From Verrucomicrobiales bacterium (GTDB lineage Bacteria > Verrucomicrobiota > Verrucomicrobiia > Verrucomicrobiales > DEV007): a stretch of 64,000 bases of DNA. The notes beneath the pieces are model-generated. The model saw nothing but the letters and a program-made list of their open reading frames with translations, was not told the DNA's origin and searched no databases. Position 1 is the stretch's first letter. Each line of letters starts with the position of its first letter. Positions 44,730 to 54,212 of this stretch are shown here, piece by piece. The stretch covers positions 91,979 to 155,978 of the forward strand of contig JAEUHH010000005.1 in assembly GCA_016795505.1 (NCBI GenBank), in the 5' to 3' direction. A program made the translations under genes and the position numbers.

Positions 44730-45524
44730 ATGCCGCCGAAGAACAATCCGTTTCCGGGGATGAATCCCTTTTTCGAGCTGCGTTGGCCGGATGTCCATTC
44801 GCGCCTGATCGCCTATATCGGCGACGCGTTGTCGGATGATTTGCCATCGGACCTCTCCGTGCGGGCCGAGGAGCATGTCGTGGTGGCGGGCCCCGAGGGC
44901 GACTCGGCCTACCGATCCGATGTGGCCATCCGGGAAGGATGGCAAAATGGCTTCCCGCCCCTTTGGCAGCCGGAGACCGAAGGCGCCGCAGTGATCGCAG
45001 TGGCCGACCCCGAGATCGTTCTGGCAAGTCCTGTGATTGAGCGCTGGCTGGAGATCCGCGATCGCGATGGCCGTCTCATCACGGCGATCGAGGTGCTGAG
45101 TCCCCGGAACAAGGAGGGCAATGGCCGGGTCAGCTATCTGGAAAAGCAGGTCGATTACATTTCCTGCGGAGTGAATTTGGTGGAAATCGATCTCGTTCGC
45201 GCCGGACTCCCCACGGTGGCTGCCGCGCGCGCCATGGTGGGCGAGGTCCAGGGGACGGAGTCGATCATCTGCGTGACCCGCGCTTCGCGGTCGGACCGGC
45301 ATGAGGTATATCGGACGCCCCTGCGCGAGCCGCTGCCGGCGTTCCGGGTGCCCTTGCGGGAATGCGACCCCGATGTGCCTCTGGCTCTCCAGCCGCTGAT
45401 CGACCGTTGCTACCGCACCGGTCGCTACTGGCAGATCAGCCAACCCTTTGCCCTGCGCAACACGCTGTGGGTGGACGAGATCGAGTGGGTAGAGCAGCGA
45501 CTGGCTTCCGCCGGAGGGGAATGA
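44730..45524 (+). CDS. DUF4058-family protein
   Basis: The N-terminus MPPKNNPFPGMNPFFELRWPDVHSRLIAYI matches the characteristic MPSPFPGM(D/N)PYLE..W..H start of DUF4058 proteins. The track ORF 43896..45524 is trimmed to the ATG at 44730. Confidence 0.65.
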   Translation: MPPKNNPFPGMNPFFELRWPDVHSRLIAYIGDALSDDLPSDLSVRAEEHVVVAGPEGDSAYRSDVAIREGWQNGFPPLWQPETEGAAVIAVADPEIVLASPVIERWLEIRDRDGRLITAIEVLSPRNKEGNGRVSYLEKQVDYISCGVNLVEIDLVRAGLPTVAAARAMVGEVQGTESIICVTRASRSDRHEVYRTPLREPLPAFRVPLRECDPDVPLALQPLIDRCYRTGRYWQISQPFALRNTLWVDEIEWVEQRLASAGGE

Positions 45525-45571
45525 AACGGCGGTGAGTCCCTGCAGCCGAATTTTTTTGGCCAGGCGCCGGT

Positions 45572-45623
45572 TTTCCGATCAAACAGGGTTGGATCGGAGA
45601 TGAGACAGGGTCTGATCGGAAAG
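45572..45623. repeat. dispersed GATC-rich palindromic element, copy 5 (between convergent DUF4058 and DUF1501 genes)
   Basis: The sequence is tttccgatcaaacagggttggatcggagatgagacagggtctgatcggaaag. Confidence 0.7.
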
Positions 45624-45644
45624 GGCCGGGCAAAGCGGGATCGC

Positions 45645-47057
45645 TCAGACGACCAATTCCGGAATCGGCTTGCCGTGATCGACGATGGGCGTCGGGCGGC
45701 CGTTGAAGTCTTCGATGGTGATCTTTGAGGAATCGATGCCGAGGTGGTGGTAGATCGTGGCGAGGAAATCGCCGGGACCGCAGGGGCGCTCGACGACATC
45801 TTCGCCGCGTTTGTCGCTGGCGCCGATGATGCCGCCGGTTTCGATGCCGCCGCCGGCCCAGACGTTGGAAAAGGCACGGGGCCAGTGGTCGCGGCCGGGC
45901 TGGAGGGTGCCGGCGGGGGCGCTGGCATCGCCGGCTCCGGTGCTGCGGTCGAAGCTGATCTTCGGTGTGCGGCCGAACTCGCCGGTGACGACGACGAGGA
46001 CGCGCTTGTCGAGGCCGCGGGCATAGATGTCCTCGATGAGGGCGGAGACGGCGCGGTCGTAGTTCGGCATGCGGAAGCGCAGGGCTTCGAACTGGTGCTG
46101 GTTCACGGCGTGGTCGTCCCAGTTGCCGACGCGTCCGCAGAGGGGACCGCTGAGGCTGCTGGTGACGATCTCGACACCGGCCTCGACGAGGCGGCGGGCG
46201 AGGAGGAGCTGCTGGCCCCAGCGGTTGCGGCCATAACGGTCGCGGATGGCGGGATCTTCCTTGCTCAGGTCGAAAGCGTCGCGGGTCTGCGGATTGGTCA
46301 GCAGGGTCATGGCCTGGCTCTCGAATTCATCGAGCGCGCCGAGTTCGCCCTCCTTGTCGAAAGCGCGTTCGAGTTTGTCGAGGTTTTTGCGCAGCAGGAC
46401 ACGGTCGCTGAGGCGGCGGGTCTCGGCGGCGTCGGAGAGGCCGATGTTCGGCACGGTGAAATTGGGCCGGTTCGGGTCGTCGCTGACGGAGAAGGGCGCG
46501 AAGGCATCACCCAGGTAGGCGGGGCCGTTGTATTCGAGTGGGGGATTGACACCGATGTAGTTCGGGAGCGGATGGGAGCGCTTGCCATCCTTGGACCGCA
46601 GGTAGTGGGCGACGGACATCCAGTCGGGGAGGCGCGGCTTGGGCTTGTCGCGCTCGTCACTGTCGCCGGAGAGCATCTGCATCGAGCCCGCGGGATGGCC
46701 ACCGGCCTTTTGGTTCATCGAGCGGACGATGGTGAACTTGTCGGCGATCTTGGCATTCATCGGGAGCAACTCGGTGAGCTGCATGCCGGGCACGTTGGTG
46801 GAGATGGTCTTGAAGGGGCCGCGGTACTCGCTGCCGATCTCGGGCTTCGGATCGTAGGTGTCGACGTGGGACTGGCCGCCCGGCAACCACACCATGATGA
46901 TGGCTTTCCGCTCGCTGCTGGAGAGCAGGGCGTTCTCGGCCCGCAGGCGCATCAGGCTCGGCCACGACAGGGAAGCGAAGCCGGTGAGACCGATCTGCAT
47001 GAAACCGCGTCGGCTCAGCGGGCCGCTGCAGTGGAGGAGGGGCGAGGTGGCTTTCAT
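45645..47057 (-). CDS. DUF1501 domain protein (sulfatase-like, Tat signal)
   Basis: The Tat-like N-terminus RRGFMQIGLTGFA is followed by IIMVWLPGGQSHVDTYDPKP and VVVTGEFGRTP, hallmark DUF1501 blocks. Confidence 0.85.
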   Translation of the reverse strand: MKATSPLLHCSGPLSRRGFMQIGLTGFASLSWPSLMRLRAENALLSSSERKAIIMVWLPGGQSHVDTYDPKPEIGSEYRGPFKTISTNVPGMQLTELLPMNAKIADKFTIVRSMNQKAGGHPAGSMQMLSGDSDERDKPKPRLPDWMSVAHYLRSKDGKRSHPLPNYIGVNPPLEYNGPAYLGDAFAPFSVSDDPNRPNFTVPNIGLSDAAETRRLSDRVLLRKNLDKLERAFDKEGELGALDEFESQAMTLLTNPQTRDAFDLSKEDPAIRDRYGRNRWGQQLLLARRLVEAGVEIVTSSLSGPLCGRVGNWDDHAVNQHQFEALRFRMPNYDRAVSALIEDIYARGLDKRVLVVVTGEFGRTPKISFDRSTGAGDASAPAGTLQPGRDHWPRAFSNVWAGGGIETGGIIGASDKRGEDVVERPCGPGDFLATIYHHLGIDSSKITIEDFNGRPTPIVDHGKPIPELVV

Positions 47058-47222
47058 GGGCTAAAGATGAAGGGGTGGAACGCGATGATTCCCGGAGAGA
47101 TCGCACGATCCGCCCGTTTTTGTGCCTCAACCAGCCGCGTGATCCCGCTATCGGTCGGAGGGGGCTTCCGGGGCGGAAAAGTCCTCGCCGACCCGGTGTT
47201 CCGTGTGGCATGCTGCCGACCG

Positions 47223-47918
47223 ATGAAACCTGTCGCTTTATCGCTTTTCCTTCTCGTTTTCGCCACGCAGGGTGGTCTGTCCGCGGCTGAAGCGCTCCCC
47301 GACCGGCCTCTTGCGGAAAAGGGCGAGCCGCTGTTCTCCGATGACTTCGAGCGCACCGACCCCGGCGAATGGAAGGCGGTGGTGCCGAGTTTGGCGGTGG
47401 GCGGAGGGGTGTTGCGAGTTCACCAAACCCGCGATGACCACGGGGCGGTGGCGCGGGTGCACCGGCCGATGCGGGATGTGATCGTGTCCTTCCGCTACCG
47501 GCTGGACGGGTCCACGGGCTTCAATGCCGTATTCGACGACAAAAGCCACAAGGGCTCCCACGCCGGGCATATCTGCCGGGTCGCCTTTGCCCCGACCCAG
47601 ATCCGGCTGGGGGACGATCGTGAGGGGGTGATGCGGAACGACATTTTCGCGATGCGGAAGGACCCCTCCCGCAAAGCCGAGGCCGACGCTCTACTGAAAG
47701 GACGGGGCGCGGCGTTTCCCCACAAGCTCGATCCCGCAGCTTGGCACCAGGTTGTGATTGAGATCGTCGGCGACCGGATGCGGGTGAGTGTGGATGGCCA
47801 GTCCGCGGGCTTTCTGCAATCGCCCGGTCTGGCCCACGAGACCAAGGGCAGCTTCCACTTCACAGTGAACGGCGCCGGGGTCCTCTTTGACGAAGTTCGC
47901 GTCTGGGCGGCGCGTTGA
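47223..47918 (+). CDS. secreted hypothetical protein, probable concanavalin/LamG-like jelly-roll (DUF1080-like)
   Basis: It has a signal peptide (MKPVALSLFLLVFATQGGLSAAEA), a beta-rich composition and a GEWKAVV...FDEVRVW pattern. This is the real part of the long track ORF 45744..47918. Confidence 0.5.
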   Translation: MKPVALSLFLLVFATQGGLSAAEALPDRPLAEKGEPLFSDDFERTDPGEWKAVVPSLAVGGGVLRVHQTRDDHGAVARVHRPMRDVIVSFRYRLDGSTGFNAVFDDKSHKGSHAGHICRVAFAPTQIRLGDDREGVMRNDIFAMRKDPSRKAEADALLKGRGAAFPHKLDPAAWHQVVIEIVGDRMRVSVDGQSAGFLQSPGLAHETKGSFHFTVNGAGVLFDEVRVWAAR

Positions 47919-47957
47919 CGTCGTTTCACTCAGGCAGTCCTTCATTCACCGAAAGCG

Positions 47958-49244
47958 ATGCGTGGCCTTCACCTCTGTCTGCTGGTCCTATTCGGAATTC
48001 CCGTCCTGATGGGTGCCGACGGTGCTGGCGAGATCAGCTCGGCCGATTTTCCGTCGATCCAGGCCGCGATCGACGCGCATCCGGGCCGGATGGTTTTTGT
48101 TCCTGCGGGCGATCATCACATCACTGAAAAGATCCGGCTCAGGGGCGACCGCAGCGGTCTGTATGGTCCGGGTCGAATCATTCAGGAAAACCCCGGGCAA
48201 CCGATCATCGAAGTGGAGGACGCCAGTGGGGCCGTCATCCGCGATCTCACCCTCACCCGGCCGGAAAAGGCGGCCGAAACGGACTGCGAAGGGCTGCTTG
48301 CCATCCGGTGCCGCGATCTGGTGGTGGAAAATGTCACCGTCGTGGACAACCGCTCCCGCGCGGCCTCCATCTCCCTCCGCGAGTGCCAGGATGCACGGGT
48401 CAGCCGCTGCTTGGTGCGCAATTACATGCGGGTATCAATCGACGACCGGACCGGCAGCGCGGATTGGGGCTATGCCTTCCGCTGCACGGATGGAACGGGC
48501 ATCGGCCTGTCCTACAGCCGGGGTTCCCTGATTGAGGGCAACCGTGTCGTCGAGGAACGTCTCAAGCCCACGCCGGAAATCAAAAAGGCGCACGGCCTGG
48601 GAGACTTTACCCAGAAAAACGCCACCCGCGGAGGCATTGTCAACCCAGCCACCTGGGAGGCCGGCTACACGGACAACTGGCAGCAGGGGTCGGCGATCAT
48701 CGTGACGGCGCCAAAGACGGCCGATCTGACCCGCGTGCTGGGAAATCACATCGAAAATGCCGCCCAGGGCATCGATCTCCACGGTGACCATGTCATCGTC
48801 GCCCACAACATCGTGGCGAACGCCTTCATCGGCATGAAGGCCATGCATGGCTCCCGGAATGTGCTCATCACCGGCAACCAGTTCATCCGAAACAGCCTCT
48901 GGGCGATCGGTCTGATGCCCGGAGCCGGCGCTGACGGTGAAAACGTTGACGGTGGATCACTGATCGCCAACAACCTGATCTCCGACTTCGGCCATGGCGA
49001 TGCCCATTGGATCTGGGGCCGGGAACGCTCCCCGTTCAAATTTGACGAGGGCCAGCAGCCGGATGATCCGCCGCTATCAGACGTGCTCATTCAGGGAAAT
49101 CTCATCCATGTCCATGGGGAACCCCGCTATCGCTACGCGGTCGTCATCGCCGGTGGGCCGAAGGGACCCCGGGGGCTGCATTTCAGCCAAAATGTGTTCC
49201 CGCCGGGCTCCGGTGGCGTGTCGAACATCGATTTGCCACCGTAA
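47958..49244 (+). CDS. secreted right-handed parallel beta-helix repeat protein (pectate-lyase-fold)
   Basis: After the signal peptide there are repeated short beta-helix rungs (NxxIxxN, GIDLHGDHVIVAHNIV, ITGNQFIRN, IANNLISD, IQGNLIHVHG). Confidence 0.65.
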   Translation: MRGLHLCLLVLFGIPVLMGADGAGEISSADFPSIQAAIDAHPGRMVFVPAGDHHITEKIRLRGDRSGLYGPGRIIQENPGQPIIEVEDASGAVIRDLTLTRPEKAAETDCEGLLAIRCRDLVVENVTVVDNRSRAASISLRECQDARVSRCLVRNYMRVSIDDRTGSADWGYAFRCTDGTGIGLSYSRGSLIEGNRVVEERLKPTPEIKKAHGLGDFTQKNATRGGIVNPATWEAGYTDNWQQGSAIIVTAPKTADLTRVLGNHIENAAQGIDLHGDHVIVAHNIVANAFIGMKAMHGSRNVLITGNQFIRNSLWAIGLMPGAGADGENVDGGSLIANNLISDFGHGDAHWIWGRERSPFKFDEGQQPDDPPLSDVLIQGNLIHVHGEPRYRYAVVIAGGPKGPRGLHFSQNVFPPGSGGVSNIDLPP

Positions 49245-49311
49245 TTCCTGACCGATATGCGGGCCTTCGCCCGGGTGGCCATGTCGGCTATTCTTTATCC
49301 CGATTCGTTCC

Positions 49312-51957
49312 ATGAAAGCCCCGCTATCACTCCTCCTTCTCGCAGCCTGCCTCCCGGGCGTCCCCCTCGCCGCGGCTGATCTGACCCTGCTCGCCGACAA
49401 GCGCAGCGACTACGAGATCATCCTGCCCGATCCCCTCCCCGAAGGCACGCTCGGCGAATGCCTGCGCCAGACCGCCCGGCTACTGCAGACGGCGTTCCAG
49501 GCCAACGGTGCCGAAGTGCCCGTGGTCGCTGAAAGCGCGGATGATCCTGCCAAGCCGGCGCTGTATCTCGGCGACACCGCCTTTGCGCGTGCCCAGGGCA
49601 TTCAGACGACGGCGCTCCGCGACTGGAGCTATGTCCACCGAGTTGTGGGACGTGATCTCATCCTCGCTGGTCACGATCATCCGGCTCGCGGCGAGACCAC
49701 CAATGCCCGGAGGCCGAATTGGGACCGGGTCGGCACCGCCAAAGCCGCGGTCGACTTTGCCCGCGAGTATTTCGGGGTGCGCTTTTTGTTTCCCGAACTG
49801 CCGGCCTACCAGTCCGTCGCGGGAGCGGCCAAGATCGACTTGCTCGCCACGCCGGCGATTGAGTATCTGCCGCGGCCAGTCGTCTCCGTTCCCGCCGGTC
49901 TCGCGGTGGAAAAGACGCCTCTGCTGCGGCTCAATACCGCCCATCCCGCCGGAGGCAGTTTTTACGATCTCGCCCACAACCGCTTCCCGCGCGTTGATGA
50001 AGTCTTCGGTGGCCACACCTGGGAGCGCGCGGTGCCTCCCGAACAATACTGGGATTCGCATCCGGAATACTTTGCCCTCATCAGCGGCTCGCGGCTCAAG
50101 CCCGAAGGCGGCAAGGCCCAGTACTGCCTCTCGAATCCCGACGTGCAAGAGCTGATCTACCGCGATCTCGCCGGGTGGCTGGACCGCGGCTATCGCGCCG
50201 TCGATCTCGGTCAGCCGGACGGCTTTCGCGAATGCCAGTGTGCCGAATGCGACGCGCTCTACGGCACCGGCAAGGACTGGAGCGAGAAGATCTGGATTTT
50301 CCACCGGCAGGTCGCGGAGAAGCTCGAGAAATCGCATCCCGGTCGCGATGTGACGATGATGTCCTACATCCTCACGGCCCAGCCGCCGAAGACCTTCAAG
50401 AAGTTTCCGTCCAACACCTGCATCATGCTCACCGGCACGAACGAGGAGGACATCGCGCCCTGGCGTGATATCGAGGTGCCGCGGGGCTTCACCGGTTACG
50501 TCTACAACTGGTGCCCGAACCTCGGCACCCGCTACACTCCGATGCGAACGCCCGGCTTTATCGAAATCCAGGTGAAACGCCTCGCGGAAAATCGCATCCA
50601 GTCGCTCTATCGCGACGGATCTGGACAACTGTTTGGTTTGGAAGGACCCGTTTACTACACCATGGGACGGATGTTCGACGATCCGGAGGGGAATGCGGCC
50701 CACACCTTGCTGCCCGAGTATTGCGAGGCCGCCTTTGGCAATGCCAGCGCCGCCTTTTACATGCGGTCGTTCTACGATCAGCTCTATCATGCCATCGCGC
50801 TCTATTCAGACCGCATTGGGACGCGCTGCGACGCCTGGACCTATCAACCGTTGCCTGGCGAGGGACGCCCGCGCAAAACGGTGCAGGATCCTTTCCAACT
50901 CATCGCCTTTCTCTATCCGCCGAACGTGATCGCCGCGCTTGACGAAGCACTGAAGCTCGCAGAGAGGCAGGCCACCGGCGACAAGGCGAAAACCCGCCTC
51001 GCCCTCATTCGGACCGAGTTCGATTACCTCAGGCATTTCGCCACTGTGGTGCATCTCCACCAAGCCTATCAGATGGTGCCCGATGTCGCCCTGCGCGACC
51101 GGCTCCTCGACGCCATCGATTCCCGCAACGCCTTCATCGACGGTCTATTCGAAAAGCCGGCCCTCTCCGCGGTCGGCGAAAAATGGGGGCAGGTCTTTTT
51201 CCCGTTCCCGGGACACGATGCCAAGCACCTCCGACTCGCCCACGACGGCTATCAGGAGCCCTACGCGAGTACCTGTTTCAACTGGGATACCAAGGCCATG
51301 CGCCAGGCACCCGCACCGGGACGGAAACGGCTCACCGTCGGTCGCACCGGTGGCCCGGTCGGTCTCGATACTCCCGACTGGGAGAAGGCGGAAAGTCACG
51401 AACTCACCCACCTCACGCCGGTCCGCGGCCTGCCACGACGCACCGCCATCCGCCTGCTGCACGATGGCACCCACCTCTATCTTCGGGCCGAGTGCGAGCT
51501 GGCGCCCGATCATCCTGCCACCTATCCCGAGCTGCCCCGCGACCGCGATCTGACCGCGGTGGAGTCCATCGATCTCTCCCTCGCCGCCCGGCCCGGCCGC
51601 GAGGTGTATCATCGTTTCGGCGTCGCCCCGCAGGCCACGACCCGTTACGATGCCGTGGCCGGACTCATCGCTGATGCCATGGACCCCCGTCACGGTCGCG
51701 ACGATCCGACCTGGAACGGCGAATGGACTGCCACGACCCGGCTCGATGGCGAAGGGCATCGCTGGCTCGCCCTCATCGCCATTCCCTTTGCGACCCTCGA
51801 AGCCACACCGCCAGCCAAGGGTGATGTGTGGCGGGCCAATATCGCGCGTTACCACCAGATTCCCCGCAGCCAAGTCGACCGCGCCCTCTGGTCGAGTTCG
51901 CTCCAGGCCACCGGCATGGCGGACCGCAACCTGATGGGCGAGATCGTGTTCGAATGA
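49312..51957 (+). CDS. secreted large hypothetical glycoside-hydrolase-like protein (DUF4838-like; Cys cluster CQCAECD)
   Basis: It has a signal peptide and a TIM-barrel-like N-terminal half carrying the FRECQCAECDALYG motif. The family assignment is from memory and uncertain. Confidence 0.55.
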   Translation: MKAPLSLLLLAACLPGVPLAAADLTLLADKRSDYEIILPDPLPEGTLGECLRQTARLLQTAFQANGAEVPVVAESADDPAKPALYLGDTAFARAQGIQTTALRDWSYVHRVVGRDLILAGHDHPARGETTNARRPNWDRVGTAKAAVDFAREYFGVRFLFPELPAYQSVAGAAKIDLLATPAIEYLPRPVVSVPAGLAVEKTPLLRLNTAHPAGGSFYDLAHNRFPRVDEVFGGHTWERAVPPEQYWDSHPEYFALISGSRLKPEGGKAQYCLSNPDVQELIYRDLAGWLDRGYRAVDLGQPDGFRECQCAECDALYGTGKDWSEKIWIFHRQVAEKLEKSHPGRDVTMMSYILTAQPPKTFKKFPSNTCIMLTGTNEEDIAPWRDIEVPRGFTGYVYNWCPNLGTRYTPMRTPGFIEIQVKRLAENRIQSLYRDGSGQLFGLEGPVYYTMGRMFDDPEGNAAHTLLPEYCEAAFGNASAAFYMRSFYDQLYHAIALYSDRIGTRCDAWTYQPLPGEGRPRKTVQDPFQLIAFLYPPNVIAALDEALKLAERQATGDKAKTRLALIRTEFDYLRHFATVVHLHQAYQMVPDVALRDRLLDAIDSRNAFIDGLFEKPALSAVGEKWGQVFFPFPGHDAKHLRLAHDGYQEPYASTCFNWDTKAMRQAPAPGRKRLTVGRTGGPVGLDTPDWEKAESHELTHLTPVRGLPRRTAIRLLHDGTHLYLRAECELAPDHPATYPELPRDRDLTAVESIDLSLAARPGREVYHRFGVAPQATTRYDAVAGLIADAMDPRHGRDDPTWNGEWTATTRLDGEGHRWLALIAIPFATLEATPPAKGDVWRANIARYHQIPRSQVDRALWSSSLQATGMADRNLMGEIVFE

Positions 51958-51976
51958 TCGGCTGGGAGCCGGCCCT

Positions 51977-53332
51977 TCACGCCAGGATCTCGCGCACGAC
52001 ACGGCCCTTCACATCCGTGAGCCGGTAATCGCGACCACCGTGGCGGTAGGTGAGCCGCTCGTGATCGAGACCGAGCAGGTGAAGCATCGTGGCATGCAGG
52101 TCGTGGGTGTGAACCTTCCCATCCACCGCCTCGTAGCCCAGTTCGTCAGTCGCGCCGTGGATGTGGCCGGCCTTCACCCCGCCGCCGGCCATCCACATGG
52201 TGTAGCCTTTGTTGTTGTGCCCGCGTCCGTCGGTGGTGGCGTCATCCGGGGTGCGGCCGAACTCGCCGCCCCACACCACCAGAGTGTCCTGCAGCAGGCC
52301 GCGCTGGTCCAGATCCTCCAGCAGGCCGCCGATGGGTTTGTCGATCTGCGCGCAGTTGCGCGTCATGCCGCTCTGGAGTGAGCCGTGGAGATCCCATTCC
52401 AGATGACTGATCTCGATGAACCTCACACCCGCCTCGGCGAATCGGCGCGCCAGCAGGCACTGCTTGGCAAAACTCTCGCCACCCGCCCGGTCCGCTCCGT
52501 AGAGCTTCAGCGTCGCATCGCTCTCGCCGGCCAGATCCATCACCCGCGGCATTTCGCCCTGCATGCGGAAGGCCAGTTCCGCGCTCTCAATCATGCCCTC
52601 CACCCGGGGATCGGCCGTCTGGGCGAGTAGATCGCGGTTCATGCCTTGGAGCAGATCGAGTTGGTCCCGCTGCGCCGCCGCGGTGATGCGCGGGTTGGAT
52701 ACGTTGCCGAGCGTGAGTTTCGCGCCGGGAAAATTGGCGTTGCCGAGCATCGTCGCCGAACACGCCGCCGGCAGAAAGGCGCTGGAGTAGTAGCGCGCCC
52801 CACCCAGCGCCGTCAGCGGATTGATGGAAATGAAGCCCGGCAGGCTCGCATTTTCCGAACCGAGGCCGTACACCGTCCACGCGCCCATGGAGGGCCTGAC
52901 GAACTGAAAGCTGCCCGTGTGGAGTTGTTCCAGCGCCTGGGGATGGTTCTCGTTGTCCGTGTGCATGCCGCGCAGCACGCAGAGCTTGTCGGCGTGCTTG
53001 GCCGTCTCGGGCAGCAGTTCCACGATGTCGATGCCGCTCTGGCCATGCTGGTTGAACTTCCACCGCGAGCCGAGCAGCTTGGCCGCCGGATTGCTCCGGC
53101 CCGGCTGGCCCGTGCGGGCGGTGAGCTCCGGCTTGGGATCGAATGTCTCCATGTGCGAGGGACCGCCCCGCATGCAGAGAAAGATCACCCGTTTGGCTTT
53201 GGCAGGAAAATGTGGCGCCTTGACCGCGAGCGGACCGGCCTCGCGGGCGGCGCTTTCCGTGGCGAGCCCGGCAAAGGCGAGATATCCGAAGCCGGCAGAG
53301 GCTTGTTGGAGGAGTTGGCGGCGGGAGTGCAT
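51977..53332 (-). CDS. DUF1501 domain protein (Tat signal)
   Basis: The Tat-like N-terminus RRQLLQQASAGFGYLAFAG is followed by VIFLCMRGGPSHMETFDPKP and VVWGGEFGRTP. Confidence 0.85.
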   Translation of the reverse strand: MHSRRQLLQQASAGFGYLAFAGLATESAAREAGPLAVKAPHFPAKAKRVIFLCMRGGPSHMETFDPKPELTARTGQPGRSNPAAKLLGSRWKFNQHGQSGIDIVELLPETAKHADKLCVLRGMHTDNENHPQALEQLHTGSFQFVRPSMGAWTVYGLGSENASLPGFISINPLTALGGARYYSSAFLPAACSATMLGNANFPGAKLTLGNVSNPRITAAAQRDQLDLLQGMNRDLLAQTADPRVEGMIESAELAFRMQGEMPRVMDLAGESDATLKLYGADRAGGESFAKQCLLARRFAEAGVRFIEISHLEWDLHGSLQSGMTRNCAQIDKPIGGLLEDLDQRGLLQDTLVVWGGEFGRTPDDATTDGRGHNNKGYTMWMAGGGVKAGHIHGATDELGYEAVDGKVHTHDLHATMLHLLGLDHERLTYRHGGRDYRLTDVKGRVVREILA

Positions 53333-53375
53333 GGCGGAGAAATGGTAACCCCGTATCCCAGTCCCGTGAATGGCG

Positions 53376-53786
53376 CTATGGCGGCGGAAACGCCCCGGCG
53401 TGGATAAACCAAGTCCGCTCGACGACTCGCTCCGGGGTATTGAATTTCAGCAGCCGCACCGTTACCCGGCCGGTGGCTGTCAGTGGAACAATGATCGCAT
53501 TTCGCAGTTGGAAGTGATCGCTCCAACGATCCCGCCGGGGATGGAAAAGCATGCTGACTTGGTCGGTCTGCCAGTCAATCGATGCAAAGTCGCTGCCTTT
53601 GTGTTGGTTGCAGATGATGCAGCTCAAAGCCAGATTCGCTTCGATCGATTGCCCACCATGTTTGATCGCGACGATATGATCAACTTGATGGGGCTGAAAG
53701 CATAACCTCGCCGGAGCCTGGCAGTACTCGCACCGATCGCCCGCACGGCTCCAATCTCCGCAATAATGCAGGGATGTAGTCCGCGC
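53376..53786 (-). CDS. HNH endonuclease (intact catalytic motif) lacking a canonical start codon; possible pseudogene or fused/readthrough partner of the upstream small ORF
   Basis: Manual reverse-strand translation upstream of the track ORF 53376..53627 (which starts at a TTG) continues in-frame: ARTTSLHYCGDWSRAGDRCEYCQAPARLCFQPHQVDHIVAIKHGGQSIEANLALSCIICNQHKGSDF... This is a CxxC...CxxC zinc finger plus HNH (DH...N...H). There is no ATG or GTG between the in-frame TGA at 53787-53789 and the motif, and the only TTG lies inside the motif. Confidence 0.5.
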   Translation of the reverse strand, partial: ARTTSLHYCGDWSRAGDRCEYCQAPARLCFQPHQVDHIVAIKHGGQSIEANLALSCIICNQHKGSDFASIDWQTDQVSMLFHPRRDRWSDHFQLRNAIIVPLTATGRVTVRLLKFNTPERVVERTWFIHAGAFPPP

Positions 53787-54155
53787 TCATGCCGCGGCAT
53801 GATCCGCGTTGAGCTTGGCCAGGGCTTTTGCCTTGGCGATTCGAACCACATGTTCGATCCGGAGTATGCCATCCCATTCCACCTGTTCAGAGGCACTCAA
53901 TCCCCCGCTTGCTTTGCTCTTCTCCAGGAGAAAGGCCGAGCGGGTCGACAGGGCCTCGGATGGATGAATGGCGAGGATCTCCTGAGGAGACGGCATGCCA
54001 GCCAGCATCTCAGCGATGTCCAAAAAGTCACTGATCTCTCCAGATTCCGCTCTCCGCAGGTGGCGCAGGCCCGCCGTTAGGACTGCCGCGATGCCCGCCT
54101 CATCTTGGGGCAGGTAGTCGGCGCATTCGTCAGGCAGGGTAACGGTCAGCTTCAT
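53787..54155 (-). CDS. small hypothetical protein (122 aa)
   Basis: The ORF reads MKLTVTLPDECADYLPQDEAGIAAV... Its TGA stop is immediately followed, in the same frame, by the HNH endonuclease reading frame. Confidence 0.4.
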   Translation of the reverse strand: MKLTVTLPDECADYLPQDEAGIAAVLTAGLRHLRRAESGEISDFLDIAEMLAGMPSPQEILAIHPSEALSTRSAFLLEKSKASGGLSASEQVEWDGILRIEHVVRIAKAKALAKLNADHAAA

Positions 54156-54212
54156 GTTGGCACTTTTCCGCTAAATTCCCGCCGCCGCAAGGTTCCAAAA
54201 TCCCATCGTCTC

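Noticed and set aside
45744-47918. 724-aa forward ORF spanning the DUF1501 locus
   Set aside because: Its first roughly 490 codons are antisense to the DUF1501 gene and consist of Gly/Ala/Asp low-complexity sequence. Only the last 231 codons form a real secreted protein gene (47223..47918).
53624-53896. Apparent frameshifts in the HNH endonuclease
   Set aside because: I first mis-transcribed bases around 53640 and 53761 and derived two frameshifts. Re-reading the sequence shows the HNH motif intact in a single frame. The real anomaly is the absent start codon and the upstream in-frame TGA, not frameshifts.
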